Part shown: one piece after another, positions 10,728-20,814 of the stretch
How positions within the stretch are numbered: position 1 is the first letter of the stretch
Layout: every line of letters begins with the position of its first letter
Assembly: GCA_003208875.1 (NCBI GenBank)
Contig: QCUR01000001.1
Coordinates: 256,001 to 320,000, forward strand
Length of the DNA stretch: 64,000 bases
Source of the DNA: Prochlorococcus sp. AG-679-M23
Lineage (GTDB): Bacteria > Cyanobacteriota > Cyanobacteriia > PCC-6307 > Cyanobiaceae
Direction of reading: 5' to 3'
Made by a program: the position numbers and the translations under genes
The notes under the pieces: generated by a model
Databases searched by the model: none
Told to the model about the DNA's origin: nothing
What the model saw: only the letters and a program-made list of their open reading frames with translations

Positions 10728-10800
10728 TGGGGGTGGCGAGGATCGAACTCGCCTAAGCCAAATTATGAGTTTGGTGCATTCACCAGATTGCTACACCCCC
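10728..10800 (-). tRNA. tRNA with CAU anticodon, probably tRNA-Ile2 (lysidine) rather than Met
   Basis: Reverse complement GGGGGTGTAGCAATCTGGTGAATGCACCAAACTCATAATTTGGCTTAGGCGAGTTCGATCCTCGCCACCCCCA folds as a cloverleaf. It has a G1-C72 pair and an AU-rich anticodon stem. Confidence 0.9.
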
Positions 10801-10940
10801 AGATTTTCTGCAGTAATGATTAATTACATTCGATTTACATACAATATAAAAATAATATTTCAAAAAGCACCAACTTAGTAAGTTTTTGTGAGATTTCTTT
10901 TTTTTCTCCTAATCTTGAAATATAAGCTTAACTTCTATTA

Positions 10941-11501
10941 ATGAACAATTTCTCGCAGAAGAATAAATTAAATAAGAAGAATTTGTTAAAACTTTTAATT
11001 GAAAAGTCTTATAAGAAAGGAAACTTTACTTTGGCATCTGGCAAAAAAAGTGCTCATTATTTAAATTGTAAACCTGTATCTTTAAATGGCACAGGGTTGA
11101 AATTAATTAGTAATTTGTTTTTGGAATTAATGGATCCAAGTTCAAAAGCTGTGGCTGGGTTGACTTTAGGAGCCGATCCTTTAGTTAGTGGTTTAATCGT
11201 AACAGCTGCTTCTCAAGGGTTATTAATAGATGCTTTAATCATCAGAAAAGAAATTAAAGAATATGGAACAAAGGCTGGGTTAGAGGGGCCTACATTAAAA
11301 GAAGGAACTGAAGTAACTGTCTTAGAAGATGTTGTGACTACTGCTGGATCAGCTATTAAAGCAATTAATAAGTTACGAGAAAATAATCTTTTAGTTAAAG
11401 AAGTTTTGTCTATTGTCGATAGAAGAGAAGGAGGATATGAGGCCTTAAAAGAACAAAATATACAATTAAAAAGCTTATTTTCAATAGAAGACTTTCTATA
11501 A
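10941..11501 (+). CDS. pyrE: Orotate phosphoribosyltransferase
   Basis: [28 protein letters not shown] and PRPP-binding [11 protein letters not shown]. Confidence 0.96.
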   Translation: MNNFSQKNKLNKKNLLKLLIEKSYKKGNFTLASGKKSAHYLNCKPVSLNGTGLKLISNLFLELMDPSSKAVAGLTLGADPLVSGLIVTAASQGLLIDALIIRKEIKEYGTKAGLEGPTLKEGTEVTVLEDVVTTAGSAIKAINKLRENNLLVKEVLSIVDRREGGYEALKEQNIQLKSLFSIEDFL

Positions 11502-11504
11502 ATA

Positions 11505-12353
11505 ATGTCAAAAATTAAAGAAAATAAAGAAAAATTTTGGCTTGAAAAATTTGATTCCTTTTCTGTTACTGGAAAAGATAGTAAAAGATTCTTAAATGGA
11601 ATAACTACAGGAAATATTGTTGATTTAAATAACAAGGTTTTAAAATCTTGCTGGTTATCCCCAAATGGAATTTTAAAATCATTACTTGAAATTAATTGTT
11701 CGGAAAATGAATTAAAAGTAATTGTCTTAGTAGGAAATACTAGTGAGATTAGAAAATACTTTAATGACATTATTTTTCCGTCTGACGATGTTTCATTAAG
11801 TGATACTTTTTCAATAAATAGACTTCAGCAAGTTGATGATATGAATTCTTGGAGAATCACTCAACCTATTTATTTAAAAAATGAAGATAAAAAATATGAT
11901 TTTTATAAAAAAAATCCAAATTCAATGAATACTAATGACTTGCAATTGTGGAAGATTAATCAGGCTATACCATCTTTAAATAGTGAAATAAATGGGAAAA
12001 ATAATCCACTTGAATTAGGATTAACAGATCTTATAGACTTCAATAAAGGTTGTTATTTGGGTCAAGAAACAATGTCAAAAATCAAGAATGTTTCTTCTTT
12101 AAAGCAGGAGATCAGAGTTTGGACGGCTAAAGATAAAGATTTGAATTTAGAATCTGATAGTAAGAGTATTTACAATAATCATAATAAAGAAAAATCGGTT
12201 GGTTATATTACTAGCATTTATGTATTAGAGTCTCGAATAATAAAAGGCCTAGCAATGATAAAGAGAAAATATTTAGATAATGGAAATCCATTTTTCTCTG
12301 ATAATTTTGGCCAAATTTCATTAGAAAAATCTGTAGGTTCAACTTTTCTTTAA
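11505..12353 (+). CDS. ygfZ: YgfZ/GcvT-like folate-binding protein
   Basis: KGCYLGQE signature and N-terminal GKDSKRFLNG. Confidence 0.88.
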   Translation: MSKIKENKEKFWLEKFDSFSVTGKDSKRFLNGITTGNIVDLNNKVLKSCWLSPNGILKSLLEINCSENELKVIVLVGNTSEIRKYFNDIIFPSDDVSLSDTFSINRLQQVDDMNSWRITQPIYLKNEDKKYDFYKKNPNSMNTNDLQLWKINQAIPSLNSEINGKNNPLELGLTDLIDFNKGCYLGQETMSKIKNVSSLKQEIRVWTAKDKDLNLESDSKSIYNNHNKEKSVGYITSIYVLESRIIKGLAMIKRKYLDNGNPFFSDNFGQISLEKSVGSTFL

Positions 12354-13780
12354 TTAACATTTTCATGTTTTTTGATTAACCACTTCGCGATTTGAAGTGT
12401 AGCCAAACAGTCATCTCGATTATATTTAATTATTTTTTTTAGGAAAATATCATTTAAAGTACTTTTATATTGGATCCACCAATATAAAGCTTTTGATCCA
12501 CTTACATTTTCTTGCTCCCATTTGAATCCAATCCAATTGGCAACTGTTTTTAAACTATAGTTTCTAATAGGTAATATCCACGATCCTCTTACAATTAAGT
12601 GTAAGTCTATAAATCTGGAATTTAGGATTTCTATTTCTTTTACATCGAGATCTAATTGCCTAGCTAAATTTAAAATTGCAATTTTCTCAGTCTCTCCATA
12701 ATGTAAAACTGGCCAGTATTTTTGAGAAAAAAGTTTTTGAATAATTTCTTGATTAGATTTTTTAGTATTGTTTTTAAGGTTTAATATTGGATCATAAAAA
12801 TCATCTTCAATATTTTCAAACAAACTATTTACTTTTAAAAATCCATATAAAAAATCATGTTTATCATCTGGATTTGACTCAATATCAAAAATAAAGAATC
12901 CCGAATCTTTATTTTTTAAAAGATAAGATAAGTTTTTATTTTTCAAAATTCGAATTGGTATTCCTGATAAATATGCTTTTGATTGCTTTATAAACTTTGA
13001 AGCTTTTTCAAATCTTTGCTCCTTAAATTGAAAAAGTTTTTTTCCTAAATCGATTTTCTTTGTAGCAGCTAGTTCTTTAATATTAGATATCCCATTTTTT
13101 TGGAGAAACAAGGCTGTTTTAGAACCAATACCATCAATATCAGTTAGATATCCATTATCTTTTGCTTCTGTATCGCAAAACTTTTGCCATGAACATATCG
13201 TACATTTTTTCCTGTCTTCAGTAATATCTGGAATAGATCTTTTTAGATATTCATTTAAGTTTAAAAAGGTATGTATTACTTTTTTTCTTAAGCGTGGATT
13301 TAAATCAATTTTTTCAATATTAATTTGATTTGAAAAATTTGAAATTACCAATCCTTTTTCAATTTTTGCTTCTTGAAAGGGTTCTAATAACATCGAAGAA
13401 AAAGCTAAATCGAATAGATGCTCTTTTGTTGTTCTATGGCCTAACTTATATACAACAGGTATATATTTATATTCGCCCCATTTGCTATGACCACCTACTT
13501 TTTTAAGTAATTGAGGTTGCATTTCAGTATTTATATTATTGATTACTTTAGATCTTGCTTTTAATCCGATTACTCCAGTTGAACCCCTCTTACAGGCTTT
13601 TTCCCCAGAATATAAATCTCCATCACTTAGTTTGTAAAAGGTTTTGTATCGTTTAATTATTTCTATAGATTGATGTGGTGACCAAATTCTTTGAGACTTA
13701 TTGCCCTGGTAATCTAGCCAAGCTTTTCTTTTGCATCTTATAAAACTTTTTAAATAAAGATTATTCAAATTTTTTTGCAA
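12350..13780 (-). CDS. TM0106-family RecB-like nuclease (Fe-S staple, HhH, RNase H-like domain)
   Basis: RCKRKAWLD, CTICSWQKFC, IDGIGSK, FDIES, HYGETE, YSLKTVA and YNRDDC. Confidence 0.85.
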   Translation of the reverse strand: MQKNLNNLYLKSFIRCKRKAWLDYQGNKSQRIWSPHQSIEIIKRYKTFYKLSDGDLYSGEKACKRGSTGVIGLKARSKVINNINTEMQPQLLKKVGGHSKWGEYKYIPVVYKLGHRTTKEHLFDLAFSSMLLEPFQEAKIEKGLVISNFSNQINIEKIDLNPRLRKKVIHTFLNLNEYLKRSIPDITEDRKKCTICSWQKFCDTEAKDNGYLTDIDGIGSKTALFLQKNGISNIKELAATKKIDLGKKLFQFKEQRFEKASKFIKQSKAYLSGIPIRILKNKNLSYLLKNKDSGFFIFDIESNPDDKHDFLYGFLKVNSLFENIEDDFYDPILNLKNNTKKSNQEIIQKLFSQKYWPVLHYGETEKIAILNLARQLDLDVKEIEILNSRFIDLHLIVRGSWILPIRNYSLKTVANWIGFKWEQENVSGSKALYWWIQYKSTLNDIFLKKIIKYNRDDCLATLQIAKWLIKKHENVN

Positions 13781-13849
13781 AGGCAGTTTAAATTTTTACT
13801 TCTATAAATTAATATAGATAATTATTGGAAATTAAGGAACTATTTTACT

Positions 13850-15310
13850 TTGTCTTCAAATGAACTAGATGAAATAAAATTCGGAACCGATGGCTGGCGA
13901 GGAATAATTGGTTTTGATTTCAATCTATCAAATCTCTCAAGAGTTGTAGTCGCTTCTTGTCAGGAATTATATTATCAATACTTCGAAGAAACTAATTCTA
14001 AAAAAATTCTTATAGGTTACGATCGTAGATTCATGGCAAATGAGTTCGCAAAAGAGATAGCATCTTTTGTTAAAGGGTGTGGTTTTGAACCCATTCTTTC
14101 TACTAGTTATGTACCCACGCCTTCCTGTAGCTTATATGCCAAAAAATTTATGTTTTTAGGTTGTTTAGTTATTACTGCAAGTCATAATCCTTATAATTGG
14201 CTGGGTTTAAAGATTAAAAGTTTTAAAGGATGTTCTGTGGATGAATCTTTTACAAAGGAAGTTGAAAAAAGGTTACTTCTGGGAAACTCAATTGAAAGAT
14301 TGGAAGGTACATATGAAAAAGTTGATATCAAGAAGTTTCATTTAGATCAAATTAAATCTAATTTTAATATTGATTTTATTGCTAATAATTTAAAGAAAAT
14401 GAATTTGCATATTTTTGTTGACTCTATGCATGGTTCAGCAGCAAATTGCCTTAGTCAGATCTTTGAAGGTTATGATACAAAAATTTTTACTGAAATTAGA
14501 GCAGATTATGATCCTTTATTTGGAGGAAATCCTCCAGAGCCACTGCTAAAATATTTAGATAATTTAACTGAAACATTAACAAAAACTTCTAAAAATGGTA
14601 TTAAAACGCTAGGCATAATTTTTGATGGGGATGGCGATAGGATTGCTGTAATTGATGAAAAAGGAAGATTTTGTAGTACTCAAGTTTTATTACCTTTCTT
14701 TATTAGTTATTTGGGAGAAAAGAATAAGAATTTATATCCAGTACTTAAAACTGTTAGTGGTTCAGACATAATTAGTAATATCGCAAAAAATCAAGATAGA
14801 GAGGTTTTTGAACTACCGGTTGGTTTTAAATATATCGCAAAAAAAATGATTAAAGAAAAAATATTTATTGGAGGAGAGGAATCAGGAGGGGTAGGTTTTG
14901 GAGACTTTATGCCGGAGAGAGATGCTTTATATGCAGCTATGATTTTACTAAATGGAATCGCAGAAAAATCAAAATATTTATATGAAACTTTAGATCAAAT
15001 TCAAGAAAATTTTGGTCCAAGTTTTTATAGAAGAATTGATGTTAAATTTCCAAATCAATCTGAAAAAGAAATTCTTGAAAAATATATTAAAAATAATATT
15101 CCTTCAAAAATATGTGGCTATAGTATAAAAAGTGTATCAAATATCGACGGCATAAAATTGAGAATGGATAATAATTTTTGGCTATTATTTAGGTTCTCAG
15201 GAACAGAGCCTCTTTTAAGATTGTATTGCGAGGCAAAATCTGAAAATGATGTAAATGAGGTTTTGGAATGGAGTCAAAAATACATAAATAAAGTAAAAAA
15301 TATAAAATGA
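13850..15310 (+). CDS. Phosphoglucomutase/phosphomannomutase family protein
   Basis: FGTDGWRG, ITASHNP, FDGDGDR, GGEESGG and RFSGTEP. Confidence 0.95.
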   Translation: MSSNELDEIKFGTDGWRGIIGFDFNLSNLSRVVVASCQELYYQYFEETNSKKILIGYDRRFMANEFAKEIASFVKGCGFEPILSTSYVPTPSCSLYAKKFMFLGCLVITASHNPYNWLGLKIKSFKGCSVDESFTKEVEKRLLLGNSIERLEGTYEKVDIKKFHLDQIKSNFNIDFIANNLKKMNLHIFVDSMHGSAANCLSQIFEGYDTKIFTEIRADYDPLFGGNPPEPLLKYLDNLTETLTKTSKNGIKTLGIIFDGDGDRIAVIDEKGRFCSTQVLLPFFISYLGEKNKNLYPVLKTVSGSDIISNIAKNQDREVFELPVGFKYIAKKMIKEKIFIGGEESGGVGFGDFMPERDALYAAMILLNGIAEKSKYLYETLDQIQENFGPSFYRRIDVKFPNQSEKEILEKYIKNNIPSKICGYSIKSVSNIDGIKLRMDNNFWLLFRFSGTEPLLRLYCEAKSENDVNEVLEWSQKYINKVKNIK

Positions 15311-15882
15311 AAAAATTATATTTAGCAAGTAAAAACCAAGGTAAAATTGAAGAATATAAAAAATTACTATTAAATGTAAATTGCCAATTATTGCTTCAAC
15401 CAGAATCAATAGAAGTTGAGGAGAATGGGATAACATTTAGGGAGAATGCAATCAAAAAAGCAAGTGAAGTTTCTAAAAAGACAAGAAACTATGCCATTGC
15501 AGATGATTCAGGAATATGTATTGATGCTTTAGACGGTAGGCCAGGAATTTACTCATCAAGATACGCAGAAAATGATCAAAAAAGAATAGAAAGAGTTTTA
15601 CATGAACTTGATGGAGAAAAAAATAGAGGTGCTTTCTTTATTGCAAATGTTTGTGTTTGCTCTCCTACTGGAGATGTGATATTAGAATCAGAAGCTAAAT
15701 GTTTTGGGAACATTATTCTAAGCCCTAGAGGAAATAGTGGTTTTGGTTATGATCCTATTTTTGAGGAGTTATCAAGTAAATTAACGTTCGCTGAGATGAA
15801 TAATGAATTAAAAGATTTATGTAGTCATCGTGGTAAAGCAGTTAAAAAAATCATTCCTCAATTGTCAAATATAATTGCCTGA
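15307..15882 (+). CDS. rdgB: Non-canonical purine NTP pyrophosphatase (RdgB/Ham1)
   Basis: ASKNQGK, ADDSG, PGIYSSR, GFGYDPIF and SHRGKA. Confidence 0.95.
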   Translation: MKKLYLASKNQGKIEEYKKLLLNVNCQLLLQPESIEVEENGITFRENAIKKASEVSKKTRNYAIADDSGICIDALDGRPGIYSSRYAENDQKRIERVLHELDGEKNRGAFFIANVCVCSPTGDVILESEAKCFGNIILSPRGNSGFGYDPIFEELSSKLTFAEMNNELKDLCSHRGKAVKKIIPQLSNIIA

Positions 15883-17370
15883 TTAATTATTAACCCAAGA
15901 TCCATGTAAGCCATGCGGAATGGATATTGGAAGTTCATAAATAGCTAATTCTTTTAAGTCTTTAGAATCTAGTATCACAAGATCACTTCCTCTCCTACTA
16001 CCATTCCATAATAAAATAAATAAGTAACCCTCATCTTCTTTGTTTGATGATTGAGATGGAACCATTATTGGTTCACTAACGAATCCACTAGGTGCAGCTG
16101 ACCAAGAAATTTCCTCTTTGGTGATCAAATTTATTTTTTTAATAGCTTGTAAAGGAGCATTCCCTATTTTCTTATCTGTACAAGCCATCCATGAGTAAGA
16201 TGCCTTTAATCCTAAAAATTTAGGGTTAACAGTAGCGAATTCGCAACATTGTGAACTTAAAGTTTCAAGCTTAGAGGTTTTCAACTTTAAGTCGATAATA
16301 GATCTTTTTAAATTACCCTCTGGATACTTATCAAAGTCAATATCCCTAAAATTTTCATCGGGCCCAACAGAAGGAAAATCATCATAAAAAATACTATCTA
16401 AAATTATGTTTGAATCTTTTTCGTATGCATTAACATGATGAAATACAAATCCATCTGGGGCATCTATAGTTATAGGTGGTTGCCCCTTAAATAAACCACT
16501 TTCTCTTGGGATTATAAAAAATTTAGCTTTTTTATTAGGATTTGATTTCAAACATTGAGCGGCTCCTTTTTGGCCCATTACAAATGGTAAAGGATTAAAG
16601 TCAATAGCGTTTTGTAAAAATATCGCCCAATTGGTTGTAATGGCAAAATCATGAAGGAATGCAAATCCATTAAATGTATCTTTTCTGTCTATTATCAGGT
16701 CACCAGCATTTTCACCAGCATTTGAAAATTCCATTAATCTAATAGTACTTTTTGGACCAGTTTGAACTCCAAAAGTTACCAACATTTCAGATGAAATATT
16801 TGAATTGAAATCGGCTTTTGGATGAGCACTAAATGCTTCGTTGCTCTTTAAAACTCCACCTAAAGTTGTTAGCCCAATAGTATCAAGATTGTTAGGATCT
16901 AAAGCATGTGGACCCGCTGCTTCCCATAGTGCAAGCACTTCATTTCCTAATTTTATAACGTGTGTATTAGCAATATTTTTGAATTTTAAATCTAAAGCAT
17001 TATTTAAAATTCCTCCACTTTTTTGAGTGCCAAAAACTCCTCTATATATGAATTTGTTAATCTTTTTTTCTTCTAAAAAACCTTTTGTTTGGACAAATTT
17101 ATTTGTTAATGATGGTTTTCCATTCTCGAATTTAATTGCTGTAATCATTCCATCTCCATCAAAGGGATGATGAACCCATTGGCCTCCTCTTTCTAATATC
17201 CCTGGCCCGTTTCTGAATAGAGTTCCATTCAATTCCTCAATATCCCCCCCTTTACTTGTATTTAATGGTTCATTTGTTAATTCTTTTTCAACATTTTTGT
17301 ATGCACTAGCCCAGTCTTCTTTATTAAAAGCTGGTTTATCATTAATTTGTTTTTCTTGAATATAAGTCAC
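15883..17370 (-). CDS. Carotenoid oxygenase (RPE65/apocarotenoid oxygenase family)
   Basis: RNGPG, HPFDGDG, and four Fe-ligand His in FSAHP, LHDF, FHHVNA and HGLHG. Confidence 0.93.
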   Translation of the reverse strand: MTYIQEKQINDKPAFNKEDWASAYKNVEKELTNEPLNTSKGGDIEELNGTLFRNGPGILERGGQWVHHPFDGDGMITAIKFENGKPSLTNKFVQTKGFLEEKKINKFIYRGVFGTQKSGGILNNALDLKFKNIANTHVIKLGNEVLALWEAAGPHALDPNNLDTIGLTTLGGVLKSNEAFSAHPKADFNSNISSEMLVTFGVQTGPKSTIRLMEFSNAGENAGDLIIDRKDTFNGFAFLHDFAITTNWAIFLQNAIDFNPLPFVMGQKGAAQCLKSNPNKKAKFFIIPRESGLFKGQPPITIDAPDGFVFHHVNAYEKDSNIILDSIFYDDFPSVGPDENFRDIDFDKYPEGNLKRSIIDLKLKTSKLETLSSQCCEFATVNPKFLGLKASYSWMACTDKKIGNAPLQAIKKINLITKEEISWSAAPSGFVSEPIMVPSQSSNKEDEGYLFILLWNGSRRGSDLVILDSKDLKELAIYELPISIPHGLHGSWVNN

Positions 17371-17450
17371 TTTAAAATATTAACTTCACTTATTTTCGCC
17401 AAAAATATATGAAATTGTGGCTATTTCAGAAAAGTACTGAATTTAATTAT

Positions 17451-18056
17451 CTAATCACTTTCTAACATTCCTTTACTACTTGGAATAGTTCCAGATCTTC
17501 TGATATCTATTTCAGAAGCCATTCGCATTGCTCTCGAAAAGGCTTTAAAACATGCCTCAACTATATGATGAGAATTTGTACCTTGTATTTGATTGATATG
17601 AAGAGTGATTCCACTATTATTTACAAAAGCTATAAAAAATTCTCTTACTAATTCAGTATCATAATTCCCTATTCTTGGTGCTTTTAATTTGAGATCATAA
17701 GACAAATGAGGCCTCCCTGAACAATCTAATGTTACTTGAACTAAAGCCTCATCTAAAGGAGCAAAAAAATGCCCAAATCTGTTTATACCTTTTCTTTCTC
17801 CTAAGGCTTTAGTAAAAGCTTTCCCAAGAGCAATGCCAACATCCTCATTTGTATGATGATCATCAATATGTGTATCTCCAATAGCTCTTATTTTTAAATC
17901 AAATAATCCATGACTAGATATTTGATGCAACATATGATCTAAAAAAGGTATGCCAGTATCAATTTCAGAAATCCCATTGCCATCTATATTTAGAAAAATA
18001 CTAATATCTGTTTCATTTGTTTTTCTCTTAATTTCAGCTTGTCTTGAGGATGACAT
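17451..18056 (-). CDS. hisB: Imidazoleglycerol-phosphate dehydratase
   Basis: [26 protein letters not shown] and PSSKG. Confidence 0.97.
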   Translation of the reverse strand: MSSSRQAEIKRKTNETDISIFLNIDGNGISEIDTGIPFLDHMLHQISSHGLFDLKIRAIGDTHIDDHHTNEDVGIALGKAFTKALGERKGINRFGHFFAPLDEALVQVTLDCSGRPHLSYDLKLKAPRIGNYDTELVREFFIAFVNNSGITLHINQIQGTNSHHIVEACFKAFSRAMRMASEIDIRRSGTIPSSKGMLESD

Positions 18057-18077
18057 TTTATTTGTTTAAATTGTAAT

Positions 18078-18860
18078 TTACATTCCATTAATGCAATAAC
18101 CTGCATCAACATAAATAGTTTGGCCTGATATGCCACTTGAAAGATCACTTAAAAGAAAAGCAGCTGTATTTCCTACTTCTGTTTGAGTAACTGTTCTTCG
18201 TAGCGGAGCTTTTTCTTCAACATTATGGATCATATCCAAAATGCCACCTATTGCAGAACTCGCAAGTGTTCTAATTGGACCAGCACTTATCGCATTTACT
18301 CTTACTTGCTTTTCAGGGCCCAGTTCTGCAGAAAGGTATCTTACTGAAGCCTCCAAAGCTGCCTTTGCTACGCCCATTACATTATAGTTAGGTATAGCTC
18401 TCTCAGAGCCTAAATAAGTTAAAGAAACTACCCCAGCGCCATCGCTGAAAAGTGGCTTTGCTGCCTTACATAGAGGTGCTAAAGAATAAGCACTAATATT
18501 CAAAGCTCTATCAAAGCCTTCGGATGAAGTTGCACTATAGTCTCCAATTAATTCGTCACGACCTGCGAATGCAAGACAATGAACTAACCCATCAATTTGT
18601 CCCCAATTGTTTTTAATATTTTCAAAAATTTCTTCAATTTGAGAAGGATTTTGAACATCAAGTGGGAGGAATAATGATGGCTCTAAATCTTTGGTTAATT
18701 CTCTTACTTTTGATTCAAACCTTCCTTTTTCATCAGGTAAATAAGTAATTCCTAGTTCAGCCCCAGCTTTTGAAAGTTGCTGAGCTATTCCCCATGCTAT
18801 TGAACGATTGTTGGCAATTCCAGTAACTAGAATTTTTTTGCCAGTTAAATTTAGAAGCAT
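18078..18860 (-). CDS. fabI: Enoyl-ACP reductase
   Basis: GIANNRSIAWG, YNVMGVAKAAL and AGPIRTLA. Confidence 0.97.
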   Translation of the reverse strand: MLLNLTGKKILVTGIANNRSIAWGIAQQLSKAGAELGITYLPDEKGRFESKVRELTKDLEPSLFLPLDVQNPSQIEEIFENIKNNWGQIDGLVHCLAFAGRDELIGDYSATSSEGFDRALNISAYSLAPLCKAAKPLFSDGAGVVSLTYLGSERAIPNYNVMGVAKAALEASVRYLSAELGPEKQVRVNAISAGPIRTLASSAIGGILDMIHNVEEKAPLRRTVTQTEVGNTAAFLLSDLSSGISGQTIYVDAGYCINGM

Positions 18861-18961
18861 TTTATTTCTTATTTATATAATTGTCCTACAAAAAGTACAC
18901 TTCTTTGCGAATTACTGCAAAATATACAATAAATTTCAACTATATGGAATATTTTTTAAGT

Positions 18962-19555
18962 ATGGTTAAAACAAATTCAATGTTTTTGGAATTAGGGACT
19001 CAATTACCTTCTTTCGAAATGATGAATACCAATTCATCTAATCAAGAAAACTATAATTTAACCAAACTAGATGATAGGCATTTACTTTTAATGTTTATTT
19101 GTGCCCATTGCCCTTTTGTGAAATATATCGAAAATTATATTTCAGTTTTAAGTAGTGATATTGAGGATAAAGTTCAAACTATCGCAGTTTCAAGTAATGA
19201 TATTGTTACTCATCCTTCAGATTCTCCAGATTGTTTAAGAAATCAAGCTCAATTACAAGGCTGGAGTTTTCCTTATCTTTATGATGAAAGTCAAGTTTTT
19301 GCAAAAGAGTTAAAGGCTGCATGTACTCCTGATTTTTATCTTTTTTCTAATACTGGAAATAGAAAATTTGACCTTTTTTATCATGGCCAACTTGATAGTA
19401 GTAGACCTAGTAATGATATTTCTATCACTGGTGAAGATTTACATGCCGCTGTTAAAGGCTTAAATAAAAATAGTAATTATCCTCATCCTCAACAACCATC
19501 GCTTGGATGCAATATAAAATGGACTCCAGGTAAAGAGCCTGATTGGTTTAAATGA
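18962..19555 (+). CDS. Thioredoxin-fold protein (AhpC/TSA-like)
   Basis: FICAHCPFV, FPYLYDE, AACTPDF and GCNIKW. The start was moved to the ATG at 18962 by inference. Confidence 0.85.
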   Translation: MVKTNSMFLELGTQLPSFEMMNTNSSNQENYNLTKLDDRHLLLMFICAHCPFVKYIENYISVLSSDIEDKVQTIAVSSNDIVTHPSDSPDCLRNQAQLQGWSFPYLYDESQVFAKELKAACTPDFYLFSNTGNRKFDLFYHGQLDSSRPSNDISITGEDLHAAVKGLNKNSNYPHPQQPSLGCNIKWTPGKEPDWFK

Positions 19556-19608
19556 ATTAAATATAATATTTATCCCAGAGAAAAACCTTTAAAGCTAATA
19601 TAATAAAT

Positions 19609-20814
19609 ATGCTAATACCTCCATTTACATTAGAACGACAGTTCCAAGAAATCGGCTCTGATATTGAGGAGGCGGTTATGAAAGTTCTTAAAGGTGGACA
19701 ATATATAGGTGGTCAAGAGATTGCTGAATTTGAAGAGAATTTTGCATCTCTTGTTGGGGTAAATCATGCTGTTGGGTGTAATAGTGGGACTGATGCATTA
19801 ATACTTGCTTTACGTGCTTTAGATATTGGGAAAGGAGATGAAGTAATTACTTCTTCTTTCAGCTTTTTCGCAACTGCTGAAGCTATAAGTGCAGTAGGCG
19901 CTAATCCAGTTTTGGTTGATATTAATCCAAATGATTATTTAATTAATATTGATTTAATTGAAGGAGAAATCAACTCTAATACTAAAGCTATTATGCCAGT
20001 CCATTTATTTGGTAATGCTGTAAATATGAATTCAATAAAAGCATTAGCTGAAAAATATAATCTAAAAATAATTGAGGATTGCGCGCAGGCAACTTGTACT
20101 ATGTGGGGAAATTCTAAAGTAGGAAGTATTGGAGATATAGGATGCTTTAGCTTTTTCCCAACTAAAAATTTAGGCGCTGCTGGAGATGGAGGGGCAGTTA
20201 CAACTTCAGACCAAAATATTGCAAAAAAGGTCAGAGAGTTGGCAGTTCATGGAAGTCCTAAAAGGTATCACCATACTCAAATAGGTTTTAATAGTAGGCT
20301 GGATACTCTACAAGCAGCGGTTTTAAATATCAAAATAAAATCTGTATCAAAATGGATTAGTAATCGTAAAAAAATAGCTAATAATTATCTTGATTTATTA
20401 GAAAAAAATAGTTTTATTCATTTACCCAAAATTGATTCTGAAAACGTTTCTCATTCTTGGAATCAATTTGTGATCAAATTAAAAAATTATAATTACGATA
20501 TAAATAAAGATTATTCAGAATTATTTGAAACTGATGTCAACAAAAATAATTCTTTAAGAAATTTATTGAAACTAAGACTTTCCGAGAAAGGAATTAATTC
20601 TATTATTTATTATCCAATACCAATACATGCACAAATAGCCTACAAAAATAAAAATTTTTCTAGAGAAAAACTTATTAATACAGAAAGAGTTTGTACTGAA
20701 GTACTTAGTCTACCAATGTATCCAGAAATTTCTTACGAAGAGCAAGTTTATGTGGCAGAAAATTTAAATATTATTTTAAAAAGTTGTATTAATGAACTTC
20801 AGATTTGTGCGTAA
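19609..20814 (+). CDS. DegT/DnrJ/EryC1/StrS PLP-dependent aminotransferase
   Basis: NSGTDAL, PVHLFG, IEDCAQA, SFFPTKNLG and NSRLD. Confidence 0.94.
   Translation: MLIPPFTLERQFQEIGSDIEEAVMKVLKGGQYIGGQEIAEFEENFASLVGVNHAVGCNSGTDALILALRALDIGKGDEVITSSFSFFATAEAISAVGANPVLVDINPNDYLINIDLIEGEINSNTKAIMPVHLFGNAVNMNSIKALAEKYNLKIIEDCAQATCTMWGNSKVGSIGDIGCFSFFPTKNLGAAGDGGAVTTSDQNIAKKVRELAVHGSPKRYHHTQIGFNSRLDTLQAAVLNIKIKSVSKWISNRKKIANNYLDLLEKNSFIHLPKIDSENVSHSWNQFVIKLKNYNYDINKDYSELFETDVNKNNSLRNLLKLRLSEKGINSIIYYPIPIHAQIAYKNKNFSREKLINTERVCTEVLSLPMYPEISYEEQVYVAENLNIILKSCINELQICA

Noticed and set aside
10132..11770. Longer antisense ORFs (10132-10533, 11213-11770) and similar ones at 29660, 46832, 47684 and 49705
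   Set aside because: They are shadows on the opposite strand of well-supported genes, with no motifs of their own.
12350..13780. Cas4-like cysteine motif suggesting a CRISPR-Cas locus
   Set aside because: There are no repeat-spacer arrays or other cas genes anywhere in the window, and the neighbours are housekeeping genes.
20480..20560. Apparent ~25-aa insertion near the C-terminus of the DegT aminotransferase
   Set aside because: It is in frame, short, and has no intein or mobile-element hallmarks, so it is most likely a variable surface loop.
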